From positions 37,608-101,607 of the forward strand of contig JBEIJY010000006.1 in the NCBI GenBank assembly GCA_040380025.1: 64,000 nucleotides of DNA, read 5' to 3'. This document shows positions 51,518-60,412 of the stretch, in pieces (position 1 is the first letter of the stretch; each line of letters opens with the position of its first letter). The notes beneath the pieces are model-generated. The model was not told the DNA's origin, made no database searches, and saw only the letters and a program-made list of their open reading frames with translations. The position numbers were made by a program, and so were the translations under genes. This DNA comes from Bdellovibrionales bacterium (GTDB lineage: Bacteria > Bdellovibrionota > UBA1018 > CAIMNF01).

Positions 51518-52316
51518 CGGTATCTTTTGAGATCACACGATAATCAGAGGGGGCCGAGATCGCCACGCCGTCCCCGTAGGAACTGAACTCGCTCCGGTCA
51601 CCCGAAGGATTGCTCGAGGCGACCGTGATGATTTTTTTTTGGCTCGAGAGATCACCCTTCAGGGGATCAGTTTTCGAGACCGGGAGGGGTGTGTTGGCCG
51701 CGGAAGTTACAAGGAGGTGTCCAACACGAAGAAGTCCTTCGATCGCTTCTGCTCCGAGGGAGCGAGGTTCCGGGAAGGTTCTCGAGAGATTGATGATCAT
51801 TGGGGCGCGCCCCCCCAAAGACTCATAATTTTCGATGAACGCATCCGCGGTGGGACAGAGCTTGAATTCAGGAGAGGGCTTGGACGGGATCATTCCCGTC
51901 GGACTGGGTCCGCCGATGAGGTTTTTCACCCTCGTGGCGTGACTCAGATGCTCCATTACGGGTTCTGCGACGCTCACCTTCACTTCTTTTTCTTCGGAAA
52001 ACCACACGGGCAATCGATCCGCATCCCAAACCGCAACCCCCCGAATGCCTTCCTCGATCGCGGCAGAGTGCTCTTCGTGATCGAGGCGATCCCGGACGAG
52101 GTCCGCACCGGTAATTTCTTGTGCCCAGAACTTGCTCAGGCCTTCGCCAAAGGGGGTCCCGCTCGGAACCAGAACATAGGGATCCTGAAACAGCTCGCAT
52201 CCGCTGGTTTGAGCCGGCCGACGCAAGGGTTTCTTTCCCGGTTTCGGGGCAAGCATCCGTGCGGAGGTTTCGGTTCCGAAAATCAGAAGCAAGAGAATCA
52301 GGCTTGGCCAGCGCAC
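51384..52316 (-). pseudogene. S8 protease 2, truncated before the catalytic Ser
   Basis: Signal peptide, FWAQEITGADL, WD, H, SAAN and ISAPSD present; homology stops at SKDTDG with no GTS motif. Confidence 0.7.
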
Positions 52317-52317
52317 A

Positions 52318-52614
52318 CTACGCCGCCATTTCGCCATCTTCGCTTGCATGCCAGAGCTGATACAAAGTCTGGCCTTTTTCGTTCCGGAACCAGCGCGAGG
52401 CATGCTCGGGTGGCTCGGTGCCGAGGCATTTCATGGCGAACGCGTGAACCGTGGTGGTGCCATCGGGGGTCCAGATCTTGAATTCCCCATTTGGTTGTTT
52501 TTGCACTTTTGCGAACATCTCGGGGTTGCTCACAAAAAAGATTTTCTCTCCGTCTTTCAGGTAGCCCTCGTGGACCATACGGGTCAGATCGAATTTTCCT
52601 TTTTTCTTGCTCAT
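52318..52614 (-). CDS. Small RAMA-like domain protein
   Basis: L..MV.EGYLK.GE...A.V...G....W....G.TL..L pattern resembles the RAMA fold (by eye). Confidence 0.55.
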   Translation of the reverse strand: MSKKKGKFDLTRMVHEGYLKDGEKIFFVSNPEMFAKVQKQPNGEFKIWTPDGTTTVHAFAMKCLGTEPPEHASRWFRNEKGQTLYQLWHASEDGEMAA

Positions 52615-52669
52615 GGGTCTCTCCTTTTTCGGGGTTTGGTTTTGGATGGGGTTAAAGCAGGGATCGAGC

Positions 52670-53023
52670 TCAGATCGAATCGGGTCTGAGCTCGAGGTTC
52701 AATTCGCAGTACACGACTCCGGGGAGTTTTCTTGCTTCTTCACAATACCGTTTCAGCTCTTGATGGTCTTCTGTCGGACCATTTTTGAGCCGGAAGCTGT
52801 AAATATTGAAGTCTTTAAAGAACTTGGCTTTTCCGGTCACGCCGAAACGCGTGTTCAGGGCACTGATTTCTCTGGTTTCGCCTGATTTTTGGTCTTTCAG
52901 CTTGAGCATGACCCCGAAGGCTTTCTGGGGCGGGCGCTCCGGTTTCGGTGACTTGGCAAGGGCGGGAATTGCGGATAAAAAAAGTAAGACGATCGCAAGC
53001 GACAGGTTGAGCTTCAGTCTCAT
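52670..53023 (-). CDS. Secreted stand-alone subtilisin propeptide / inhibitor I9-like protein
   Basis: Signal peptide, then an approximately 90-aa domain ending ARKLPGVVYCELN, resembling the I9 C-terminal L.k.PgV.YvE.n motif. Confidence 0.6.
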   Translation of the reverse strand: MRLKLNLSLAIVLLFLSAIPALAKSPKPERPPQKAFGVMLKLKDQKSGETREISALNTRFGVTGKAKFFKDFNIYSFRLKNGPTEDHQELKRYCEEARKLPGVVYCELNLELRPDSI

Positions 53024-53130
53024 AACTCACTTCTCGGCCGGGAGATGAAAAACTTGAGGGCTGAAAGTTTCAGGGCAGACAGAGGGTCAGGTTGGATTCA
53101 AGAATCATCCTTAAGTTCCGATCCGATGAA

Positions 53131-55245
53131 ATGACGAAGATTCGGGCGCGATTGGTTGAATGGTTTCTTTTGCTGGTGTCGATCGTATCAGTTCTTGAGA
53201 ATGCCACTGCCAGACCCTCCAGTGTATTCGAAAAGAGTGCGTGCGATCATTCACTCAGCCCGTTTCAGCAGTGGGGTGGGATTATTCAGGCATTGAGCCA
53301 GAGTGATTCCGGTCAAGAATGCCAGTTTTTACGGCAGGTTCCGAACGGAGCCCCCCATCGGATTCCGGGCCTCAGCCCCTTTTGGGCGCAGGAGTACACT
53401 GGGGCCGATCTGCTCCGGGAAGAACTTGAGACAGGACAAAACGGGAAGCTCTTTGAGGATCTGGAAATTGATGTTTGGGATGCGAAGCCAGATCAGATTT
53501 ATCCTTTGGATCATGGCGCGATGGTCGCAAATTTGATTCGAGGCCCCTTTCCCTCGGCGGTTCTTCCCGGCAAAGCCACCACGCCATACCGGGATTTCGG
53601 CTCTGACGAGCAATACATTGAATATTGCGATGAAACTCCGCGAAAACCTGCAATTATCAATCATTCCATGGGTTGGAATGGTTCACAGTGGATTGATGGG
53701 ATCGTGGAAGAAATTGTGGACGAGGGCAGAGCCATTGTTGTCACTTCGGCCGGCAACGAGAAAGAGCCCCTCGAAACAAATCAACCGACAAAGCATCGGT
53801 TGGCGAAACTAAAAAAACTCGTTGTGGTGGGAAGTCTTTCTTACAAATCCGGACCAAGTCACGTCTCCAATTATGGTGAGACTCTTACGATATCCGCCCC
53901 ATCGGATCAACAGATGACAACCTACGACGAGGAAGGCAGTCCAGTGCTTTTTGGAGCCACGAGCGGAGCGGCTCCGCAGGTTTCGGGCGCACTTGCTGCG
54001 TTCATGGCGCTGACCAGATTTAAACTGAACACCTCTGATGCACTATTGCTTTTGGAAAAAACGGCGCTTCCGATTCCTGGTCTCCCCTCGCCTTCGAGGA
54101 TGGGGGCTGGGATGCTGAACTCATACCGGATTGGTGCCGTCGCAAAAAGAATTACTCGAAAATGCAGAGCTCAGCGTAATAGGGACCAGTGCGTGCGAGA
54201 GCAACTGAGGAAGGATGAGACTTTTTTGTTCCCTTCGGCGACCTTGGGCCTGGCTCGAAGAGTAAAGGAGGCTTTCCCCGATTGCTCGGGCGGAGGCGGG
54301 GGCCGAAGCAATGTCTCATGTAAGAAAAAGCAAGAGGCGCTGAAGGCGCTTCGTGAGCAGGCATTGGTGAATCCGGAAGGATCTGTGAACGAGTGGAGGC
54401 AAATCGCATGCATTCATCGGGTAGCGGGATTCACGGAGAATGCGTTCTATTATGATCGCCTTGCGGAGCGCCTCGAGATGGAAAAGGAAGGACCGAGTGC
54501 GACCAGTGATCTGGTGGTTTACTTTCGAGATCAAGACCGAAAACCACTGATAGCGAGATGGTGGAACGAAATCTCGAATCCTTTAGTGGGATATATCGAG
54601 ATGACCAATCGCAAAAAGCTGCTTCTCGATCCTGAATTCAGACAAAATACCGATGTTCCCTTGATTCAACTTTCCGGTATTCTCGACGATCCGGGGTCAG
54701 ATTTCCGTTCAGTGATCATCGTATCGACAATTCTGAAGAACATGAGGCAAGACGAGGAAAAAATCTCAACCGCATTGTCAGATTCTGAGTTTCACTCCGC
54801 CCTCGAACGATTCTTACTCGATCCTCGTATGAATTCGAGTGAAAAAGCCGAGCTTGTTCGAGATCTCGGAATCCTTGGTGTTGATTCTGAAGGCTTGGAG
54901 CGCGTGTTGTTGCACTTCCTTCAGGATCCTAAAACCGATAGTAACCTGATGAATCACACTATTTCGACTCTCGGAAATATCGGATGTTCTTTGACTGAAG
55001 CACAGAATGCGATCGGGGACATCCTGCTCGGGTCCGAAAATAAAGATCCTGGATTAAAAGCTACTGCAGCTCGTGCGCTAGGTAAGGCGAGGTCCCTTGA
55101 TCCGGCCCTGCTCAAACGAATGGGAGATGCGCTGCTTGATAAGTCTTTGAAGCAGATTGTGTGGTTGTCTATTGAATCAATTAAGCCCGGTGATGAATGG
55201 ATCAAGGAAAACGCGAGAAAGTCTGGGTTTCATGTATCTTGGTAA
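53131..55245 (+). CDS. Secreted S8 serine protease 3 with C-terminal HEAT-like repeats
   Basis: Signal peptide, FWAQEYTGADL, WD..DHG, SAGNE, FGATSGAAP, a Cys-rich domain and L.DP-type repeats. Confidence 0.87.
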   Translation: MTKIRARLVEWFLLLVSIVSVLENATARPSSVFEKSACDHSLSPFQQWGGIIQALSQSDSGQECQFLRQVPNGAPHRIPGLSPFWAQEYTGADLLREELETGQNGKLFEDLEIDVWDAKPDQIYPLDHGAMVANLIRGPFPSAVLPGKATTPYRDFGSDEQYIEYCDETPRKPAIINHSMGWNGSQWIDGIVEEIVDEGRAIVVTSAGNEKEPLETNQPTKHRLAKLKKLVVVGSLSYKSGPSHVSNYGETLTISAPSDQQMTTYDEEGSPVLFGATSGAAPQVSGALAAFMALTRFKLNTSDALLLLEKTALPIPGLPSPSRMGAGMLNSYRIGAVAKRITRKCRAQRNRDQCVREQLRKDETFLFPSATLGLARRVKEAFPDCSGGGGGRSNVSCKKKQEALKALREQALVNPEGSVNEWRQIACIHRVAGFTENAFYYDRLAERLEMEKEGPSATSDLVVYFRDQDRKPLIARWWNEISNPLVGYIEMTNRKKLLLDPEFRQNTDVPLIQLSGILDDPGSDFRSVIIVSTILKNMRQDEEKISTALSDSEFHSALERFLLDPRMNSSEKAELVRDLGILGVDSEGLERVLLHFLQDPKTDSNLMNHTISTLGNIGCSLTEAQNAIGDILLGSENKDPGLKATAARALGKARSLDPALLKRMGDALLDKSLKQIVWLSIESIKPGDEWIKENARKSGFHVSW

Positions 55246-55247
55246 AC

Positions 55248-55286
55248 AACCCGCAGAGGGGGCTCGAATCGCCCCGACTGCGGGTT
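55248..55286. terminator. Hairpin between convergent S8 protease 3 and tRNA-Pro
   Basis: AACCCGCAG...GGGGC-loop-GCCCC...CTGCGGGTT; no strong U-tract. Confidence 0.6.
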
Positions 55287-55294
55287 CATAAAAA

Positions 55295-55372
<78 letters not shown>

Positions 55373-55398
55373 AAAAACCAGAATCAGGGAAAGGGGTT

Positions 55399-56361
55399 CT
55401 AGAAGGTTCCCTGAAGGGCCCGGGATCTTCGTGCGATCGTCCGGTTTTGTGAAACCGAAGAATCCATTGCCGGAGTGATCTCGTCAAGGCTTTTCACGGT
55501 GTAATTCGCGGCATTCGAGAAAATCGACTGAACCAGTTCAGCGTGAAGTTCGTGCCCGGCTTTGACCAAGGTGACGCTTCCGATGATCGGAATCGGCGAG
55601 AGTGCGAAGTCCCCGATCGCATCGAGCACCTTGTGTCGGACAAACTCGTCCGGGTATCGCAGTCCCTCGGGATTCATCACCGAGGCTTCATCGAGAACAA
55701 TCGCGTTCTCGTGCGACCCGCCTTGAATGAGTCCCATGCGCTTCAGCGCCTCGACATCCTTCAAGAACCCGAAGGTCCGGGCGCGAGACAGTTCGCGGTA
55801 ATCGCTCCTTCCGGCCGAATAAGAGAGCTCCTGAACGCCGATGGCGGGGTGTTCCCACTCGATCCGGGCGCGAATCTCGAGCTCGCGCGAGGGCTCGATC
55901 CGGGCGAGCTTGTCGCCCATGCGCACTTCGACCAATTTTTTGATGAATGCGGCCTTTCGTGCCACCGACTGCACGAACGCTCCCGCCGAGATCACGGCCT
56001 CGCAGAATGGTTCGGCCGAGCCGTCCATGATCGGGACTTCGGGGCCCTCGACCTCGATCAGGGCATTGTCGATGCCGAGCAAACGGAGCGCCGAAAGCAG
56101 GTGCTCTACGGTCGAAATCGAGGTGCTTCCTCGTCCCAGGGTGGTGGCAAGACGGGTCTGGGTGACAAATTCAAAGTTCGCGGGAATCGCAACGGGCTGG
56201 GCGAGGTCTTTACGGACAAACACCACGCCGGTATTCGGAAGGGCAGGCTTGATGGTCACTGCCGCAGGTTTACCCGAGTGCAAGCCAACCCCTTCGACGC
56301 GCACTTCTCGTCGAATCGTCATTTGCTGGCTTTGGTTTTTGGGCCTCGGGCTTTTGTTCAT
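55399..56361 (-). CDS. lpxC: UDP-3-O-acyl-GlcNAc deacetylase
   Basis: GVGLHSG, TVEHLLSA, RARTFG, HKVLDAIGD and GH motifs. Confidence 0.97.
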   Translation of the reverse strand: MNKSPRPKNQSQQMTIRREVRVEGVGLHSGKPAAVTIKPALPNTGVVFVRKDLAQPVAIPANFEFVTQTRLATTLGRGSTSISTVEHLLSALRLLGIDNALIEVEGPEVPIMDGSAEPFCEAVISAGAFVQSVARKAAFIKKLVEVRMGDKLARIEPSRELEIRARIEWEHPAIGVQELSYSAGRSDYRELSRARTFGFLKDVEALKRMGLIQGGSHENAIVLDEASVMNPEGLRYPDEFVRHKVLDAIGDFALSPIPIIGSVTLVKAGHELHAELVQSIFSNAANYTVKSLDEITPAMDSSVSQNRTIARRSRALQGTF

Positions 56362-56390
56362 GAGATCATTTTTCTCTTCAAACGATTAGA

Positions 56391-56406
56391 AGCAAGCCTT
56401 GTGCCA
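56391..56406 (-). promoter_or_regulatory. Sigma54 (-24/-12) promoter of lpxC
   Basis: Minus-strand TGGCAC-AAGGC-TTGCT, about 30 nt upstream of the lpxC start. Confidence 0.8.
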
Positions 56407-56539
56407 CTCGGACGCAAGCGCCAAAGAAAAAAAGATCATTGATTTCGATCACTTAAGAGTCTGATCGTTTTGAGTCGATTTGTCTCGCGGGTGGTCTGTT
56501 TCGGTCTGTGCACACCGAAGTGTGCACGAAAGTGTACAC

Positions 56540-57199
56540 TTATCCCAACACCCGAAACACCGAAATCCCGTCCCGCACCGGCAACATCGTCACCTCGGCG
56601 CGGGGGTCGCGGCGGTAGCGTTCATTGAATCCATGAATGGCCAGGTCCGAGTCATCTTCGGGGGTGAGCACGCGCCCGCTCCAAAGCACGTTGTCGACGA
56701 CGATCAGCCCGCCCTTTCGGACCGCCGCAAGGCAGGTCTCGAAATACGCGGCATACGCGCCCTTGTCGGCATCGATGAAGGCGAGGTCGAACTGCGGTCG
56801 CTTGCCGGTCCGCACCTCTTCCAGAACCGCGCGCGAAGTCTCGCGAGCATCGCCGACCAAACTCTCGACCTTCGATTCGACTCCGGCCAGGCGCCAGTAC
56901 TTACGGGCGATCTCGACGGCACGGGGGTCGCGATCGAAGGTGGTGATTCTTCCTTCGGCCGGGAGCGAGAGTGCGAATTGCAAGGAACTGCATCCCGTGA
57001 AGGTGCCGAACTCCAGAATCGTCCGCGCGCCGGTGATCCGGGTCAAAAGCGAAAGGAGGCCCCCCTCGAGCGCGCCCACCTGCATGTTGGCCGCCTGGGG
57101 CGCAAAAATGCGCGTTTCGGCCGCAAGCTCCTCGAGAATCGGTGCCGACGACGAGCTGTGACGGACGCAGTATTCCTCAATCGCCGCAGGAGTGATCAT
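56540..57199 (-). CDS. CCoAOMT/COMT-like SAM-dependent O-methyltransferase
   Basis: LEFGTFTG, FIDADK, VDNVLWSG and PVRDG motifs. Confidence 0.92.
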   Translation of the reverse strand: MITPAAIEEYCVRHSSSSAPILEELAAETRIFAPQAANMQVGALEGGLLSLLTRITGARTILEFGTFTGCSSLQFALSLPAEGRITTFDRDPRAVEIARKYWRLAGVESKVESLVGDARETSRAVLEEVRTGKRPQFDLAFIDADKGAYAAYFETCLAAVRKGGLIVVDNVLWSGRVLTPEDDSDLAIHGFNERYRRDPRAEVTMLPVRDGISVFRVLG

Positions 57200-58461
57200 C
57201 GGTCGAACTCCCGGTGGATCTTCGCGCCCAACCGCAAGAGCTTTTGCTCGATCCGCTCGTAGCCGCGGTCGAGGTGGTAAATGCGTCGCACGTTCGTTTC
57301 GCCCTTGGCGGCAAGACCCGCGAGAATGAGCGAGGCGCTTGCCCGCAGATCGGTCGCCATCACGGTCGCGCCTCCGAGGGCGACGGGGCCCGACACGAAG
57401 GCGCGGTTCCCTACGATCTTGATCTTCGCCCCGAGGCGAACCAGCTCGGGGACGTGCATGAAGCGGTTTTCGAAAATCGTCTCGGTGATCAGCGATTCGC
57501 CGCTCGCTTGGGTCAGAAGCGCCATGAACTGGGCTTGCATGTCGGTCGGAAACCCCGGAAACGGCGCGGTCTCGATCGAGACCGGAAGGATTTTTTGCTC
57601 GAACGAGGCCCGAATCGAAGACTCTGTGCTCGAAATCCCCGCACCCGCCGCGCGAAGCACATCCAGCGCTGAGCCAAAAAATGCGGGAGAAATCCCCGTC
57701 ACCTCGACTGATCCGCCCGTGATCAACCCCGCACAAAGAAAGGTCGCGGCCTCGACGCGGTCAGGAGCGATCGAGTGTCTCATGCCTTTCAGCGAGGGTT
57801 TTCCGCGAATGACAATCGAGGAGCTTCCGGCGCCCGTGATCTCGGCCCCCATGGAGCAAAGCGAATCCACCAGGTCGACAATCTCGGGCTCGCGCGCGGC
57901 ATTCTCGATTCTGGACTCGCCTTCTGCCAGAGCCGCCGCCATGAGTGCGTTCTCGGTTGCTCCCACACTCGGGAACGGCAAACGCATCACCGCGCCCTTC
58001 AGGCCTTTCGGTGCGACGCCGTGAATGTAGCCCTCTTCGATGGTGAATTGCGCGCCCAATGCCTCGAGCGCCGAGAGATGAAAATCCACCGGACGCGCAC
58101 CAATCGCACACCCTCCGGGAAGGCTCACGCGGGCCTCTCCTTTTCGGGCAAGAAGGGGGCCCAGCACGAGCACCGAGGCGCGCATGGTGCGCACAAGCTC
58201 GTAGGGCGCCTCGATCGAAGAAAGGTTCGCCGAATCGATCGAGACTTCGTTCTTGGTTTCGTCAAAGGTGGCTTCGATTCCGAGCGACTCCAGGACCTTG
58301 ATGGTCGTGCGGATGTCGGCCAGCGCCGGAACATTTGTCACCACCGAGCGATCCGAGGTCAAAAGAGTCGCGAACAATACCGGAAGGGCTGCGTTTTTCG
58401 CGCCGCTCACGGCGACAGAGCCGTGCAGGCGTTCCTGGCCCAGGATTCGAAGTTTTTCCAT
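57196..58461 (-). CDS. murA: UDP-GlcNAc 1-carboxyvinyltransferase
   Basis: GAKNA, MRAS, LPGGCAIG, DLRA and RGYE motifs. Confidence 0.98.
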   Translation of the reverse strand: MEKLRILGQERLHGSVAVSGAKNAALPVLFATLLTSDRSVVTNVPALADIRTTIKVLESLGIEATFDETKNEVSIDSANLSSIEAPYELVRTMRASVLVLGPLLARKGEARVSLPGGCAIGARPVDFHLSALEALGAQFTIEEGYIHGVAPKGLKGAVMRLPFPSVGATENALMAAALAEGESRIENAAREPEIVDLVDSLCSMGAEITGAGSSSIVIRGKPSLKGMRHSIAPDRVEAATFLCAGLITGGSVEVTGISPAFFGSALDVLRAAGAGISSTESSIRASFEQKILPVSIETAPFPGFPTDMQAQFMALLTQASGESLITETIFENRFMHVPELVRLGAKIKIVGNRAFVSGPVALGGATVMATDLRASASLILAGLAAKGETNVRRIYHLDRGYERIEQKLLRLGAKIHREFDR

Positions 58462-58476
58462 AAGAGTGCTCCTTTT

Positions 58477-59355
58477 TTACGGGGATTCCGCCGAAAGGAC
58501 GCGGAACCGGCCGGTCAGATCGGGAATGAGTTTCACATGAACAAGCGGAGAATGCAAAAAGCAGGAGTGGATTTCGTCGGCGCGCTCGTGCGGGATCTCG
58601 AAGAACACCGCTCCCCCGGGAGCGAGGATCTTCGAGGCGCGGGCCAAAAAATCGAGATAAAAAAACGAGGGCTGTTCGTCGGGGAAGGCCGGGAAGAGCG
58701 CGCTTTCGGGCTCGTGGGCGAGGACCTCGGCGTCGATCTCATCCGCGCGCGAAAGATACGGCGGGTTCGAGATCACGAGGTCGAACGGGGCATGCGCTTC
58801 GAACACGGCGAACCCCTCGCACGGGGTTCGCGGCTCCAGGATCGAAATCCTTGCAAGCGACCTACCCAGATTCGAACGCGCGAGCGCGATCGCGTCCTGC
58901 GAGACCTCGCTCGCCACCCCGCTTGCGGCCGGAAAATGCGAGAGGATCTCGCCCGAGAGGGCGCCGCTTCCGAGCCCGAGTTCGGCAAAGCGAAAGGGCC
59001 GGTCCCCGAACCGCGCGCGCGCCCAGTGAATCGCCTCGTCGACGAGCACCTCGCTTTCGGGTCGGGGAATGAGCGTCGACGAGTCGACACGGTATTCGCG
59101 GGAATAAAAAAACTGATGGCCGAGGAGGTGCTGGAGGGGACGCCCCGCCGCGCGCTCCCGGGCAAGATGGAGGATTTGCGATTCTTCTTCGCGGGCGGGC
59201 TGAGTAGTCAGCGAGATCAAATCGCGGGGGTGCCGGATATTCGTGCGCGTTTTGCGCAAGACCTCAAAAAAAATCCGCTCGCACTCGGCTTCGGGCGACT
59301 TGGAATGGGGGCTCGAGCGAAGAATCAAAAGAACCCGCTCTTTAAGCGTTTGCAT
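58477..59355 (-). CDS. prmC: Release factor glutamine methyltransferase
   Basis: LIPRPESE, GLGSG and SNPPY motifs; follows prfA. Confidence 0.93.
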   Translation of the reverse strand: MQTLKERVLLILRSSPHSKSPEAECERIFFEVLRKTRTNIRHPRDLISLTTQPAREEESQILHLARERAAGRPLQHLLGHQFFYSREYRVDSSTLIPRPESEVLVDEAIHWARARFGDRPFRFAELGLGSGALSGEILSHFPAASGVASEVSQDAIALARSNLGRSLARISILEPRTPCEGFAVFEAHAPFDLVISNPPYLSRADEIDAEVLAHEPESALFPAFPDEQPSFFYLDFLARASKILAPGGAVFFEIPHERADEIHSCFLHSPLVHVKLIPDLTGRFRVLSAESP

Positions 59356-60412
59356 AGCCGGCTTGTTTCAGCGCTTCGGTCTGGTAGTGGGCCTGGAGTG
59401 CATCGAGCAGGGTCTCGATGTGCCCCTCCATCACGTCCGGAAGCTGATACAGCGTGAAGCCGATGCGATGATCGGTCAGGCGCCCCTGCGGAAAGTTATA
59501 CGTGCGGATCCGCTCGGAGCGATCGCCGGTTCCGACCATGGCCCGCCTCGAATCGGCATGTTCCTTTGCCGCCTTTTCTTGCTCGGCCTCGAGAATCCGC
59601 GAGCGCAGGATCTTCATCGCTTTTTCTTTGTTCTTCAGCTGGGAGCGTTCGTCCTGGCACGCGACCACTACTCCGGTCGGAAGATGGGTGATCCGGACGG
59701 CCGAGTCGGTGGTGTTCACCGACTGCCCGCCGGCACCGCTCGAGCGATACACGTCGATACGAAGATCGGCAGGATTGATCGTAATATCGACTTCTTCGGC
59801 TTCCGGCAGAACCGCCACCGTCACGGTCGAGGTGTGGACTCGTCCCTGGGCCTCGGTCTCGGGCACTCGCTGCACGCGGTGGACTCCCGCCTCGTACTTG
59901 AGCCTCGAGTACACCTTCTGGCCCTCGATCATCATCACGACCTCTTTGAGCCCGCCCTTTTCAGCCTGACTCACCGAGAGAACCTCCGTCCGCCAGCCCT
60001 GCCGTTCGGAGTACCGCTGATACAGTCGCCAGAGTTCTCCCGCGAACAGGGCGGCCTCTTCGCCGCCCGCGCCCGCGCGGATTTCAAGCAAGATGTTCTT
60101 CTGGTCGTTCGGATCTTGCGGAAGCAGGAGCACTTGCAGGCGCTTCTCGCAGGCTTCAAGCTCGGGCTCCAGGAGCTTCAGCTCTTCTTTCGCCATCGCC
60201 GAAAAATCGTCATCGCCCAGAAGCTCTTTGTTCGAGGCGATGTCGCTCTTCAGCTTGCGGTAATGGCGATACTCCGCCACCACTTCTTGAAGCGAGGCGT
60301 GCTCTTTCGAAAGGCGCCGGAACTCATCGGGCCTTCCCGCAAGATCGGGGTCTCCGAGCTTGTGTTCGATTTCCAGAAAGCGGGTTTCGACCGCCTCGAG
60401 CTTGTCGAACAT
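59342..60412 (-). CDS. prfA: Peptide chain release factor 1
   Basis: GAGGQ, the PxT-type motif and RTYNFPQ. Confidence 0.97.
   Translation of the reverse strand: MFDKLEAVETRFLEIEHKLGDPDLAGRPDEFRRLSKEHASLQEVVAEYRHYRKLKSDIASNKELLGDDDFSAMAKEELKLLEPELEACEKRLQVLLLPQDPNDQKNILLEIRAGAGGEEAALFAGELWRLYQRYSERQGWRTEVLSVSQAEKGGLKEVVMMIEGQKVYSRLKYEAGVHRVQRVPETEAQGRVHTSTVTVAVLPEAEEVDITINPADLRIDVYRSSGAGGQSVNTTDSAVRITHLPTGVVVACQDERSQLKNKEKAMKILRSRILEAEQEKAAKEHADSRRAMVGTGDRSERIRTYNFPQGRLTDHRIGFTLYQLPDVMEGHIETLLDALQAHYQTEALKQAGYANA

Noticed and set aside
51490..51540. Programmed frameshift joining protease 2 to the repeat ORF
   Set aside because: No clear slippery heptamer, and a fusion would still lack the catalytic Ser; a deletion explains it better.
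57200..57736. Extension of the O-methyltransferase ORF
   Set aside because: It overlaps murA; the real start at 57199 is ATGA-coupled.
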